Positions 10,534 through 20,558 of a DNA stretch of 49,474 bases are shown one piece after another. The DNA lies in assembly GCA_039922575.1 (NCBI GenBank), contig JBDTEK010000137.1, positions 1 through 49,474 of the forward strand. The letters run 5' to 3'. The translations under genes were made by a program, and so were the position numbers. Position 1 is the stretch's first letter. Each line of letters starts with the position of its first letter. This stretch comes from Ginsengibacter sp. Its GTDB lineage: Bacteria > Bacteroidota > Bacteroidia > Chitinophagales > Chitinophagaceae. The notes beneath the pieces were generated by a model. That model did no database searches and was not told the DNA's origin. It was given only the letters and a program-made list of their open reading frames with translations.

Positions 10534-10541
10534 CAAAGGTA
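10534..10541 (-). promoter_or_regulatory. -7 box (TACCTTTG), internal promoter for the cox genes
   Basis: Exact TAnnTTTG in the actF-ctaC spacer. Confidence 0.5.
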
Positions 10542-10600
10542 ATAATTATCATTACCGGAAATGAAGATTAAATTTTGCAAATTTCTCTTAATTCCCTCAC

Positions 10601-11836
10601 CTACACCTGATGAATAATACTCTCTTTTAGGAAAGGATTATTTATAGCAGTCATCGGCTCCCTCACGGCAAACCTGTTGACGCCCCACATTATTAAACCT
10701 ACAAAACCTAATGGAATGCCTAACTCAAACCAGCTTATATGCGGGTTATTTTTAACGGTACCCGGCATTACCATCTGATAAAAATCTATCCAATGGCCAA
10801 AAATAATTACAATACACATAAAGGTGACAATAGTGTAATTCCTTTTCGTTGCCCTTTTCATAAATATCAAAATAGGCGCTACAAAATTCAAGATTAAATT
10901 CAAATAAAATAGTCCTGCATAAGGCCCCTGCAATCTTATTTTAAAATAAATAGTTTCTTCCGGAATATTTGCATACCAAATAAGCATAAACTGAGCAAAC
11001 CATAAATAACACCAGAAAATAGAAAATGCGAACATCCACTTTCCTAAATCCTGAATATGTTCTTTGGTTACAAATTCAAGCTGGCCCCTGTTTTTAAAAT
11101 AAATTACAAAAATAGTAATGAGCGCCATTCCGGCAACAAACGTACTAGCAAAAGTGTACCAGCTATACATTGTGCTGAACCAATGAGCATCAATACTCAT
11201 AAGCCAAAGCCATGGAATAATAGAACCAACAGAAAGTAAATACAATACAATGTAATAGGCTGACCATGACATATTTTTCTTAAGCCACACTTTTGAAGTT
11301 TCAAAATCCATGGGCCCCATTTCATCGCTTTCCTTGCTCAACTGGTTTAATTTTTTTCCGATAAAAGACCAGAGTGTAATGACCACTAAAGAGGCCAGAA
11401 GAAAAACAGTAGGATTTAAAAAGCCGGTTTTCCCACTTAGTACTTTATCGTGTTTCAGCATTTCCTGATCTAACCATGGGTAAATATCTGTGCGGCCGCC
11501 GAAGACAATACAAAGTAAAATGATCATTGTAATAATACCCATAAGAGGCACCACAGAACCAATTGCTTCTGTGACTCTTCGAAAAGCTACCTGCCAACCG
11601 CCCATAGCAAGAGTACAAATAACAATGAAGAAAATAGAGACGTTCACGATCAGTAGCCAAAACAAACTATTTTGCAAAAGCACAGCCCAAAACCTGGTGC
11701 TGTTTACATTACCTCCATGGGCACCCGCAAGCGGGTTTAAAAAAAAGACACCAAGAATAAGAGTTAGCAAACCGGCAATCATAAATCCGGCGGTCCACTT
11801 TTTAAATCCTGCCGGTGCTACATACTGATTGTTCAT
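10601..11836 (-). CDS. actF: Alternative complex III subunit ActF
   Basis: Polytopic; MSIDAHWFSTMYSWY, DLGKWMFAFSIFWCYLWFAQFMLIWYANIPEE; cluster order. Confidence 0.9.
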   Translation of the reverse strand: MNNQYVAPAGFKKWTAGFMIAGLLTLILGVFFLNPLAGAHGGNVNSTRFWAVLLQNSLFWLLIVNVSIFFIVICTLAMGGWQVAFRRVTEAIGSVVPLMGIITMIILLCIVFGGRTDIYPWLDQEMLKHDKVLSGKTGFLNPTVFLLASLVVITLWSFIGKKLNQLSKESDEMGPMDFETSKVWLKKNMSWSAYYIVLYLLSVGSIIPWLWLMSIDAHWFSTMYSWYTFASTFVAGMALITIFVIYFKNRGQLEFVTKEHIQDLGKWMFAFSIFWCYLWFAQFMLIWYANIPEETIYFKIRLQGPYAGLFYLNLILNFVAPILIFMKRATKRNYTIVTFMCIVIIFGHWIDFYQMVMPGTVKNNPHISWFELGIPLGFVGLIMWGVNRFAVREPMTAINNPFLKESIIHQV

Positions 11837-11863
11837 TAAAAAATAATTTTTGGGATTAAACTT

Positions 11864-12493
11864 TTATTTCGCTTTTGTTGAATCACTTCCTTTAGATGCT
11901 GTTGAGTCGCTTGCGGCAGGAGCTGCTCCCCCTGCCTGATGCGCTTTTACATATTGTATCACCATCCACCTCTGCTCCCGGCTCAATTGAGACGCATAAC
12001 TTCCCATATTGTTTTTTCCATAAGTTATAGAATGAAACATAGTCCCAACCGGCATTTTTACATATTGTGCCAATGTTAAATTTGCTACCGCAGGTACTTT
12101 TCCACCTGTTGCCAGTGGCCCCTGCGCATCCATTTTAGCACCGTGGCAAATAGCACAATTAATATTAAAAAGGCGTTCAGCTTCCTTCATTTGCACTGTA
12201 TTCAATGGGGGTAAAGGGTCTTTTATTTCCGCACTCAATTTATAGCCGTTAGTATCGTTGGCTAATGGATAAGGAAATAAATCACCTCTTCGGATAGTAC
12301 CTTCTACAGGATATTGAATATAATTAATGTTCTCCTTAGCCAGATTATTTGATGCATAAGCTTCATAAGCACGGCTATAGGCCATATCAGGCATATATAT
12401 TCTTCCGGGATCGCGCTTGCTTCCACAGCTTTGAAATAGCGTAACAACGCAAACGATAATGACAAACGATATAATAATTTTTATTTTTTTCAT
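11864..12493 (-). CDS. actE: Alternative complex III monoheme lipoprotein ActE
   Basis: Lipobox LFQSC, YMPDM, CAICH, MGSYASQL; start at MKKIKII (ORF extends to 12535). Confidence 0.9.
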   Translation of the reverse strand: MKKIKIIISFVIIVCVVTLFQSCGSKRDPGRIYMPDMAYSRAYEAYASNNLAKENINYIQYPVEGTIRRGDLFPYPLANDTNGYKLSAEIKDPLPPLNTVQMKEAERLFNINCAICHGAKMDAQGPLATGGKVPAVANLTLAQYVKMPVGTMFHSITYGKNNMGSYASQLSREQRWMVIQYVKAHQAGGAAPAASDSTASKGSDSTKAK

Positions 12494-12553
12494 ACCTAAA
12501 AAACCAATTTTAATTATTTGTTTTCTATTACGCAATACATCAATTTTTATCTT

Positions 12554-13141
12554 TTAAACACCCACTCCTTCTTCAGCTCTGTACAACTTTTGCTCCTTGT
12601 CGTATCTGCCAAACCACCATCCTTCTTCAGCATTCTGAACGTTTATTTCAATGGCGCCATTAGTTTGCAAAAATGATTCTATTTCCGCTTCATTTGATTT
12701 ATCAGTACATTCAATTACCATCACAAAAGCATCGTCGGTTGAGCGGAGGCTAAAATGATGCTTTTTAACGCCGGGCATCATTTTACAAAGCCAGCAAAAC
12801 GTCCAAACCATTCCTACAGCAGAGAATAATACCGTAAGTTCAAATGCTATCGGAATAAATGCAGCCAGAGGGAAATGCGGTTTACCGCCTATATTTAATG
12901 GCCAGTCTGTGGTAAAAATCCATCCCATCCCACCGATAGCAGTGGCAGTACCGATGATACCATAAATGAATCCCATCGTATGCAGACTTGTTTCTCTTAA
13001 CCCTAATGCATGATCCAAACCGTGAACAGGGTAAGGAGTATATACATCATGAATTTTATAGCCCGCGCGCCTCACATTTTTAACAGCGGGGAACAGAACA
13101 TTTTCCTCCTCGAAACTTCCTACTATAAATTTTTTTATCAT
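12554..13141 (-). CDS. actD: Alternative complex III subunit ActD (DUF3341)
   Basis: VYTPYPVHGLD, DWPLNIGGKP, FELTVLF. Confidence 0.92.
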   Translation of the reverse strand: MIKKFIVGSFEEENVLFPAVKNVRRAGYKIHDVYTPYPVHGLDHALGLRETSLHTMGFIYGIIGTATAIGGMGWIFTTDWPLNIGGKPHFPLAAFIPIAFELTVLFSAVGMVWTFCWLCKMMPGVKKHHFSLRSTDDAFVMVIECTDKSNEAEIESFLQTNGAIEINVQNAEEGWWFGRYDKEQKLYRAEEGVGV

Positions 13142-13188
13142 ATAAAATCTTTTTTATAATTTTTCCGATAGGAAAATTCAAATCTTTA

Positions 13189-14640
13189 TTAATGAGCTTG
13201 CTCTACTTCTTTTATATAAAATTTCTCAGAATCCATTCTCTCCAAATCAGTCATTTTTGCTTTATAATTTTCACCACTTGTTTTCAAAGCATGCTTAATT
13301 TCCGCGACTGCAATAACGGGGAAGAATTTTGCAAAGAGGAAATAGCAAGTGAAAAACAATCCAAAAGTTCCAAGATAAAACCCGATTTCCCAAATGCTGG
13401 GACTGTAATAAGTAGTCCAGGAAGATGGAAGAAAATCGCGATAAATGGACGTAACGATAATCACAAAACGCTCGAACCACATACCCACATTAATCAATAC
13501 TGCCATAAAGAAAGTAAATAAAACATTCCTTCTTAATTTTCGGGACCAGAAGAGTTGGGGAGATACCACATTACAAAACATCATACCGTAATATGCCCAA
13601 CCATATGGGCTGAAAATGTTTACCCTGTTTTCACGAAAAGCCCACCACTCATAAGTATTACCACTATACCAAGCCACAAATAATTCCGATAGATAAGCAC
13701 ATCCTACAACAGATCCCATAACTAAAATAACCTTATTCATCGCTTCTATATGACCGATGGTTATATAATCTTCCAGGTGAAGTACCTTACGGGTAATGAT
13801 CAATAAAGACTGAACCATTGCAAATCCTGAAAATATAGCACCCGCTACAAAATAAGGCGGAAATATAGTAGTATGCCATCCCGGAATAACAGAGGTTGCG
13901 AAATCCATAGATACTATCGTATGTACAGATAATACAAGTGGGGTTGCCAAACCTGCCAAAACCAAGGCAAGACTTTCCTGCCTTTGCCAATGCTTGGTAC
14001 TTCCTGTCCATCCAAAAGAGGTAAGACCATAAAACATTTTTCTAAACTTAGTTTTTGCCCGGTCGCGAAGCGTTGCCAGATCGGGCAATAGACCTGTGTA
14101 CCAAAATAATACTGAAACAGTAAAATAAGTAGATACTGCAAATACATCCCATAAAAGAGCTGAATTAAAGTTAGGCCAAAGGGGCCCGCGTGTGTTGGGA
14201 TAAGGCATTACAAAAAATCCCATCCATACACGTCCCATGTGAAATATGGGAAACATTCCGGCACACATAACTGCAAAAATCGTCATAGCCTCGGCAGCCC
14301 TGTTCACACCTGTTCTCCACCCCTGCCTGAATAATAAAAGGATCGCAGAGATCAATGTACCCGCATGCCCGATTCCGATCCACCAAACAAAATTGGTGAT
14401 ATCCCAACCCCAGCCTACAGTACGGTTCAGGTTCCATTGTCCTATTCCATACACTACCTCTCTATACACAGAATAAACTCCAAAAAGCAAAAGTGCCAAG
14501 GCAACAGACAAACCAATCCACCATGCACGTGTGGGTTTTGTTTCTATAGGGCCAATAATATCCTCGGTTATTTGGTGATAACTTTTGTCACCATCAATTA
14601 ATGGTTCCCGTAGTTCCGATTCATACCTTAATAATGACAT
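13189..14640 (-). CDS. actC: Alternative complex III quinol-oxidising subunit ActC (NrfD family)
   Basis: WGWDITNFVWWIGIGHAGTLISA, HMGR, WDVFA, VHTIVSMDF, GMWFERF. Confidence 0.95.
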   Translation of the reverse strand: MSLLRYESELREPLIDGDKSYHQITEDIIGPIETKPTRAWWIGLSVALALLLFGVYSVYREVVYGIGQWNLNRTVGWGWDITNFVWWIGIGHAGTLISAILLLFRQGWRTGVNRAAEAMTIFAVMCAGMFPIFHMGRVWMGFFVMPYPNTRGPLWPNFNSALLWDVFAVSTYFTVSVLFWYTGLLPDLATLRDRAKTKFRKMFYGLTSFGWTGSTKHWQRQESLALVLAGLATPLVLSVHTIVSMDFATSVIPGWHTTIFPPYFVAGAIFSGFAMVQSLLIITRKVLHLEDYITIGHIEAMNKVILVMGSVVGCAYLSELFVAWYSGNTYEWWAFRENRVNIFSPYGWAYYGMMFCNVVSPQLFWSRKLRRNVLFTFFMAVLINVGMWFERFVIIVTSIYRDFLPSSWTTYYSPSIWEIGFYLGTFGLFFTCYFLFAKFFPVIAVAEIKHALKTSGENYKAKMTDLERMDSEKFYIKEVEQAH

Positions 14641-14710
14641 ACGCTTTTTAGCTTTTTGCTACAGGTTGTGTCTGTAACCTTATTAAAATTATCAATTCTT
14701 TATTAATTTC

Positions 14711-17700
14711 TTATCCTTCATGTTCATGACTTCCCACTTCCCTTTCCGTGTTTCTTATTTTAGCAAGATAATTCACATTGCTAAGTGTGTGCAATTGCTC
14801 CAAAACATAAAATTTCCTGGCTTTTTGCTCTTCATATCTTATTTTAGAAATTTTACTTTCTTTATCATTCACGTTTCCAAAATTAATTGCATTGGTGGGA
14901 CACGCCTGCATGCAAGCGGTTTTTATCTCGCCATCTTTTATAGGCCGGTCCTCTTTTTTTGCATTCAGTTTCCCTTCCTGCAAACGCTGCACACAGAAAC
15001 TACATTTTTCCATTACCCCTCTTGCTCTTACAGTCACATCCGGATTTAAAACCATTCGCGTCAAATCATCCTGCAAATCCATCGTAGCATCAGAAATGAT
15101 TCCTCTTTGGTTATCAGGGAAGCTATCTGCACCATTATAATCAGCCCAGTTAAAACGGCGAACTTTATAAGGACAGTTATTTGCACAATATTTTGTACCG
15201 ATACAACGATTATAAATCATTTGGTTGAGTCCTTCACTGCTGTGGTTTGTAGCCGAAACGGGGCACACATTTTCACATGGAGCATTATCGCAATGCTGGC
15301 AAAGCATAGGCTGAAAAACAATGTCGGGATTTTGAGTGCTTCCGGTAAAATATCTGTCAATACGAAGCCACTGCATATCATGGAATCTGGACACTTCATA
15401 TTTTCCAACAGTAGAAATATTATTTTCCGCTACGCAGGCCACGGTACAAGCACTGCAACCGATACACGTGTTCAGGTCAATGCTCATTCCCCATTTTATT
15501 CCAGGCTTTTCATAAGTAGGATATAAGGTGGCATCACGTGAAAAACTTTCACCGTAAGCGTTTAATTCTTCTTCTTCTTCTCTATTTAACTCTCCCGGAT
15601 CCGCTATAAAATGCTTCAATGTGGCTTCTCTTACTATAGGGCGGCCTTCTGTAATGCTATGCGTTTGTGATTGAGCTATAGGGAACATCTTGCCTGTTTT
15701 CTCAATAGTGGCAGGCGCAGAATAAGTAACGGAAGATCCATTAAAAACTGCAAAAGGATATACATTCACGCCCACCTCATTTGCAGCAGCGCCAATATAT
15801 TGTTTCGTTTTTGTTTTATCATTGCTTTGACGACCATAGCCCAGTGCGATTGCAATTACATCCGGATGTATTCCGGGAATGATCAACGCAGCTATTTCAA
15901 TCGTTTTGCCATTGCATACAATTTTTACCACCGGCTTATCAGGATGCACTTCATATTTATCAGCCTGGCGCGGATTAAAAATATCTATATCAAATAATTT
16001 CTTCCCCATTTCAGGAGAAATCATAGCATAATTATCCCATGTTGCTTTTGAAACAGGATCACTTACTTCCTGCAACCACGCGTTGCTGGCTCGGTTTCCT
16101 GTTCCAATAGACACCTTTTGATAAAGGATCACTTCCGAACCACTACTCTTTGGCGCGCCTATCTTTGCCGCTGCGTCTGCCACATTTCCTCTAAAAGCAA
16201 CCGCTGCTGATAGTACAGATGCAGTAGAAGTGGGAGTAGTAACCGGTTTGACAGCTTTTACCGTTGCGGATTTAGCCGAAGCGGAGTCTGTTGAGGCACC
16301 TATTCCTCCCAATGTTTCTGTAGAAACCGCTGAAGCGGGCGTCAGATCAGAAACATTTACTATTTCCGTTTGTGTTTTTAATTTAGAATTCTCAATAACT
16401 CCGTCCTGTAAAAACTGTTCATATTGATTAAGGCCTCCCAATTTGCCGGTCCAGTAATTTCTAAAATAAGTCAGGTAATCATCTGTGCTTCCGGAAATCT
16501 TTAAAAGCGAAGATTCAAACTGGCGGGTTTTAAACAGTGGATGTATCAATGGCTGAATGACACTAACCATACCTTTTTGAAGTTCAGCATCGCCCCAGCT
16601 TTCTAACCAGTGATGAGAAGGAACAATATACTTGCATAACTCTGTTGTCTCATCCATTTTTTCACTGAAAGAAAGAGTGAAAGGACATTTTTTAACTCCA
16701 GCGGCAAACTTAGCGGAATCAAAATAACTATATACCGGATTAGCGCCATAAACCAGCAGCGCACCTACATTTCCTGCGTTTAAATCCTGGGTAAGAGTTA
16801 CCATATCAGCGTCTATTCCCTGGCGATAATTTACCGGAGTGCTTAAGTCGATCGTTTTCCCTACTGCGCCGATTGCTTCATTTATTGCATTTACAATTAC
16901 CTGAATGTTTTGGTCGTTACTTCCGCAAACAACTAAAGCAGCGCCATTATTAGCCTTTAATTCAGCAGCGGTTTTCTTAATTCCGTCTGCAAGCGCACCA
17001 GATAAATTCGCTGATGTGCCACCACCCAGGGCACCAAGCAACGCAAGCGCAACTGCACCTGTTTCTGATGGTTTGTGCAAATATCTTTCGTCTGCATTAG
17101 CACCTGTCATACTATAATATCCTTCAAACTGAATGTGCCTGCTCATTGTCGGATTCTTTTCATCAATCCTTCTATTCACAGCATATTGCCTTGCAAAAAC
17201 AATCGGGCTAAGCCAGGTTCCAAGGAAATCTGCCCCAAGGCTTACAATAACTTTTGCATTTTCAAAATGATATGAGGGGATTGCCTTTACACCGTAGGAT
17301 GCCAGGTTGGCTGTTATCATTCCACTGTATGAAACAGCATCATATTGTACATGACGGCTGCCTGGATATTTAGCGAGGACTTCTGCAATAATTTGTTTTG
17401 TAGTAATAGAAGTTACAGAGGAAGTTAGCAATACCATAGGCTTACCGGCATTTGCCATGAGCCCTGTAGCGATCATTTTATCTATCGCTTCAAATGTAGC
17501 TTCTTTGCGATTTGCCATCGGGTGACGCAGTCTTGTAGTATCATAAAGATCTAAAACAGAAGACTGGCATTGAGCAGAAGTACCTCCTTCTGTAAGAGAA
17601 GAAAGCTCATTACCTTCAATCTTTATCGGCCGTCCTTCTCGTTGTTTTACAACTACAGGAACCGCATCTCCATCATTGACATAAGTTGAAGCGTAATAAT

Positions 17701-17971
17701 TGGAAACACCCGGAATCATATCATCGGGTTTATGCAAAAAAGGAATACTCTTATGCACAGGCATCTCACAACTTGCTGCAATAGCGGCTGCGGCTGTGCT
17801 AAAACCCATATATTTCAAAAAATCTCTTCTTGGTGTTTTGGCATTGAAAACATTTTCGCCACCCAATGCTTCAAACGGAAGCCCTTCTTTGAATTCATCT
17901 TTCAATGCCTTCTTATTTGCTTCACTTTGATTGAGCTCTCCAAAACTTTGCCAGTATTTTTTTTCACTCAT
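14711..17971 (-). CDS. actB: Alternative complex III subunit ActB (molybdopterin-oxidoreductase fold plus Fe-S domain, TAT)
   Basis: PRRDFLK TAT motif followed by AASCE; CIGCSACTVAC, CQHCDNAPC, CIGTKYCANNCP, CSFC Fe-S motifs. Confidence 0.95.
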   Translation of the reverse strand: MSEKKYWQSFGELNQSEANKKALKDEFKEGLPFEALGGENVFNAKTPRRDFLKYMGFSTAAAAIAASCEMPVHKSIPFLHKPDDMIPGVSNYYASTYVNDGDAVPVVVKQREGRPIKIEGNELSSLTEGGTSAQCQSSVLDLYDTTRLRHPMANRKEATFEAIDKMIATGLMANAGKPMVLLTSSVTSITTKQIIAEVLAKYPGSRHVQYDAVSYSGMITANLASYGVKAIPSYHFENAKVIVSLGADFLGTWLSPIVFARQYAVNRRIDEKNPTMSRHIQFEGYYSMTGANADERYLHKPSETGAVALALLGALGGGTSANLSGALADGIKKTAAELKANNGAALVVCGSNDQNIQVIVNAINEAIGAVGKTIDLSTPVNYRQGIDADMVTLTQDLNAGNVGALLVYGANPVYSYFDSAKFAAGVKKCPFTLSFSEKMDETTELCKYIVPSHHWLESWGDAELQKGMVSVIQPLIHPLFKTRQFESSLLKISGSTDDYLTYFRNYWTGKLGGLNQYEQFLQDGVIENSKLKTQTEIVNVSDLTPASAVSTETLGGIGASTDSASAKSATVKAVKPVTTPTSTASVLSAAVAFRGNVADAAAKIGAPKSSGSEVILYQKVSIGTGNRASNAWLQEVSDPVSKATWDNYAMISPEMGKKLFDIDIFNPRQADKYEVHPDKPVVKIVCNGKTIEIAALIIPGIHPDVIAIALGYGRQSNDKTKTKQYIGAAANEVGVNVYPFAVFNGSSVTYSAPATIEKTGKMFPIAQSQTHSITEGRPIVREATLKHFIADPGELNREEEEELNAYGESFSRDATLYPTYEKPGIKWGMSIDLNTCIGCSACTVACVAENNISTVGKYEVSRFHDMQWLRIDRYFTGSTQNPDIVFQPMLCQHCDNAPCENVCPVSATNHSSEGLNQMIYNRCIGTKYCANNCPYKVRRFNWADYNGADSFPDNQRGIISDATMDLQDDLTRMVLNPDVTVRARGVMEKCSFCVQRLQEGKLNAKKEDRPIKDGEIKTACMQACPTNAINFGNVNDKESKISKIRYEEQKARKFYVLEQLHTLSNVNYLAKIRNTEREVGSHEHEG

Positions 17972-18031
17972 ATTTTATCCGACAAGGAATTTAACAGTAA
18001 TGATTAAGATTTAAAATAATTCACCCACAGA

Positions 18032-19285
18032 TCAATAGTGGCATTTCTGACACTCGGTTCCACCAATTTTTTCAACAGTAACGCTATCGTATTTTTTATT
18101 TTTTATATCCTCATGAAATTTTTCATAAATGCTATAAAAGTTGTTGCCATGGCCTTTGTCATCATTAAACTGCACGTTAGTAGTACGGTGGCAGTTAATG
18201 CACCATCCCATGCTCAAATCGGCAAATTGTTTTACCTCAGGCATTTTTTGAATTTCTCCGTGACAAGTCTGACAGGCCACCTGCCCTACCTTTACATGCT
18301 GAGAGTGGTTGAAATAAACATGATCGGGCAAGTTGTGAATTCTGATCCATTCAATTGGTTTACCCGGCTTATCGTAGGTTTTGGTATCAGGATTCCATCC
18401 CGCATACCTGTATAATTTCTGAATTTCTTCGTTCGCATTTACAGTGGTTCCGTCATCACGCAAAATTGGCTTGCCTGAATATTCTTTTACCGCCATGTGG
18501 CAGTTCATACAAACATTTACCGAAGGAATACTTGCTTGCTTGCTGTCCTGAGCCCCACCGTGGCAATACAAACAACTGATCTGGTTCACACCGGCATGTA
18601 CTTCATGCGAATAAAATATAGGCTGCACCGGTTGGTATCCCTTTTGCCTTCCTAATCCCATAGCGCCTTCTACCAAAAAATAACCTCCTAATAAAAATAA
18701 GACGATCACAACCAATAACAAATAGGTTTTATTTCGATAAAAAGGAACTGCAGGCGGAGTTTTTTTGCCTTCTTTTTCATCAGTTAGTTTTTTGAGATTA
18801 CTATTTACCTGCACTAAAATTAAACCAATGATGGCCAACAATAAAGTAAGCACTCCATAGAGAATGGTATTATCAGATGTTGGTGCAGGCGCTGTTTGTC
18901 CTGGTGCTCCTCCCGCAGGCGCTCCCGGCTTTGCAAATTTATCGGCCCAATCCAAAATGGCGTCTATCTCATCCTTTTTCAAATCAGGAAAAGAAGTCAT
19001 CACCACGCCACCAGCCTCGCCTTTTAATTTCATGGCATATGGGTCTGTATTTGCCATTGTAGATGCATTATTCACCCATTTATAAACCCAATCCTTTGAT
19101 GGCTCTCTTTCCCTGGCTCCTTTAAGAGCCGGACCTACATAATGCTCGTCCGGTTTATGACAACTGGCACAGTTAGCTTTAAATAATGTTTCACCATCAG
19201 CTGCAAACAATAATTTGGGAGAAATTAAAGTAAGGAAAAAAAGTACAGCTAATGCTTTAAATAAATTCCTGCTGTTTTGATTCAT
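18032..19285 (-). CDS. actA: Alternative complex III multiheme cytochrome c ActA (N-terminal monoheme plus pentaheme domain)
   Basis: Six CxxCH: CASCH, CLYCH, CMNCH, CQTCH, CINCH, CQKCH; HNLPDHVYFNHSQH. Confidence 0.95.
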   Translation of the reverse strand: MNQNSRNLFKALAVLFFLTLISPKLLFAADGETLFKANCASCHKPDEHYVGPALKGAREREPSKDWVYKWVNNASTMANTDPYAMKLKGEAGGVVMTSFPDLKKDEIDAILDWADKFAKPGAPAGGAPGQTAPAPTSDNTILYGVLTLLLAIIGLILVQVNSNLKKLTDEKEGKKTPPAVPFYRNKTYLLLVVIVLFLLGGYFLVEGAMGLGRQKGYQPVQPIFYSHEVHAGVNQISCLYCHGGAQDSKQASIPSVNVCMNCHMAVKEYSGKPILRDDGTTVNANEEIQKLYRYAGWNPDTKTYDKPGKPIEWIRIHNLPDHVYFNHSQHVKVGQVACQTCHGEIQKMPEVKQFADLSMGWCINCHRTTNVQFNDDKGHGNNFYSIYEKFHEDIKNKKYDSVTVEKIGGTECQKCHY

Positions 19286-19332
19286 ACGCTGGTTCCTATC
19301 TTAAATAATGGAAAATAAACTTTGTTCGGCTG

Positions 19333-19340
19333 CAAAAATA
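19333..19340 (-). promoter_or_regulatory. -7 box (TATTTTTG) for the act operon
   Basis: TAnnTTTG match about 48 bp upstream of actA. Confidence 0.6.
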
Positions 19341-19522
19341 AGGAAGCATTTTGACAAAGTGTTAACATTTTTAAGTTTTTTTTTCCTTGTTTGGGCGCGC
19401 GTTTCAGCGATTTTTAATTACAGTTGTTTTTTTTTATTCAATTTTCTAATAATCAAAAGACCTCTTCATCTTCTTTTGAAAGTGCTATTATTTTTGATTA
19501 CAAAATTGCTCATCTTTGACTA

Positions 19523-20530
19523 ATGTTAAACAGGTTAAAGGATCATTGGAAAGTAAAAACCACCGGTCTTATTTTAATTCTCTGCACGTTTGCAATTACC
19601 GGAACCATAACCGCATGGGTGAGTGAAAAGGTAGCAAAATGGTTGTTACTTGATCAATTTGGATCTGCGTGGTGGGTTTCTAATCTTATTGTATTCATAT
19701 TTGGTTACCAGGTAATTATTTTGATCGTTGGATATTGTTTTGGAATGTTTTCTTTTTTCTGGAAATATGAAAAAAGGATTTTAAGAAGATTTGGATTGAT
19801 GAAAAAAGAGATTACCTCCTTCCGGCCATTGGCCACTGGTTACCGGCAACAGAAACCTAATCTGCAACCGGCATCCCGCATCCAATCAGCAAATAATGGA
19901 CACGAACTTTCTATATTAAAAAATGACGAAGACCAGCCTGCATGCTTTCTTCCGCATGGTAAGAAGTTGGCTATTTTTGCCTCGGGGGCAGGAAGTAATG
20001 CTCAAAAAATAATTGACTACTTCAGAAACAGTAAAATCGTGGACATTGCTTTAATTGTTTGCAACAATCCAAAAGCCGGGGTACTCAATATTGCTGAAAA
20101 AGAAAGCATACCACTTCTTCTTATTGAAAAAAATAATTTTTTGCAAACCGGTTACGTATCAGAATTAAAAGAAAATAAAATAGATCTTATCATACTTGCC
20201 GGCTTTTTATGGAAAGTACCTAATGTGCTGATCCATTCATACCCGGAAAGGGTCATTAACATACATCCCGCTCTGCTACCGGCTTACGGAGGGAAAGGCA
20301 TGTATGGCAATGCGGTACATTCATCCGTTATCAACGCCGGAGAAAAAGAAAGCGGTATTACTATTCATTTTGTAGATGAGTTATACGATCATGGCAAAAT
20401 CATTTTTCAAACCACCTGCGCAATTGATAAAACGGATACCCCAGAAATCCTTGCGCAAAAAATTCATAAGCTCGAACACAAGTTTTATCCAGTCCAAATT
20501 GAAGAAGTTGTAAAAAGAATGAATAAATAA
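19523..20530 (+). CDS. purN: Phosphoribosylglycinamide formyltransferase with fused N-terminal two-TM domain (DUF6787-like)
   Basis: C-terminal LAIFASGAGSNA, LAGFLW, NIHPALLP, GITIHFVDE..DHG; N-terminal TFAITG...YQVIILIVG..FG.F.FFW.YEK.I..R. Confidence 0.88.
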   Translation: MLNRLKDHWKVKTTGLILILCTFAITGTITAWVSEKVAKWLLLDQFGSAWWVSNLIVFIFGYQVIILIVGYCFGMFSFFWKYEKRILRRFGLMKKEITSFRPLATGYRQQKPNLQPASRIQSANNGHELSILKNDEDQPACFLPHGKKLAIFASGAGSNAQKIIDYFRNSKIVDIALIVCNNPKAGVLNIAEKESIPLLLIEKNNFLQTGYVSELKENKIDLIILAGFLWKVPNVLIHSYPERVINIHPALLPAYGGKGMYGNAVHSSVINAGEKESGITIHFVDELYDHGKIIFQTTCAIDKTDTPEILAQKIHKLEHKFYPVQIEEVVKRMNK

Positions 20531-20558
20531 TTCCTATTTTACGAAATTATTTAACGCC

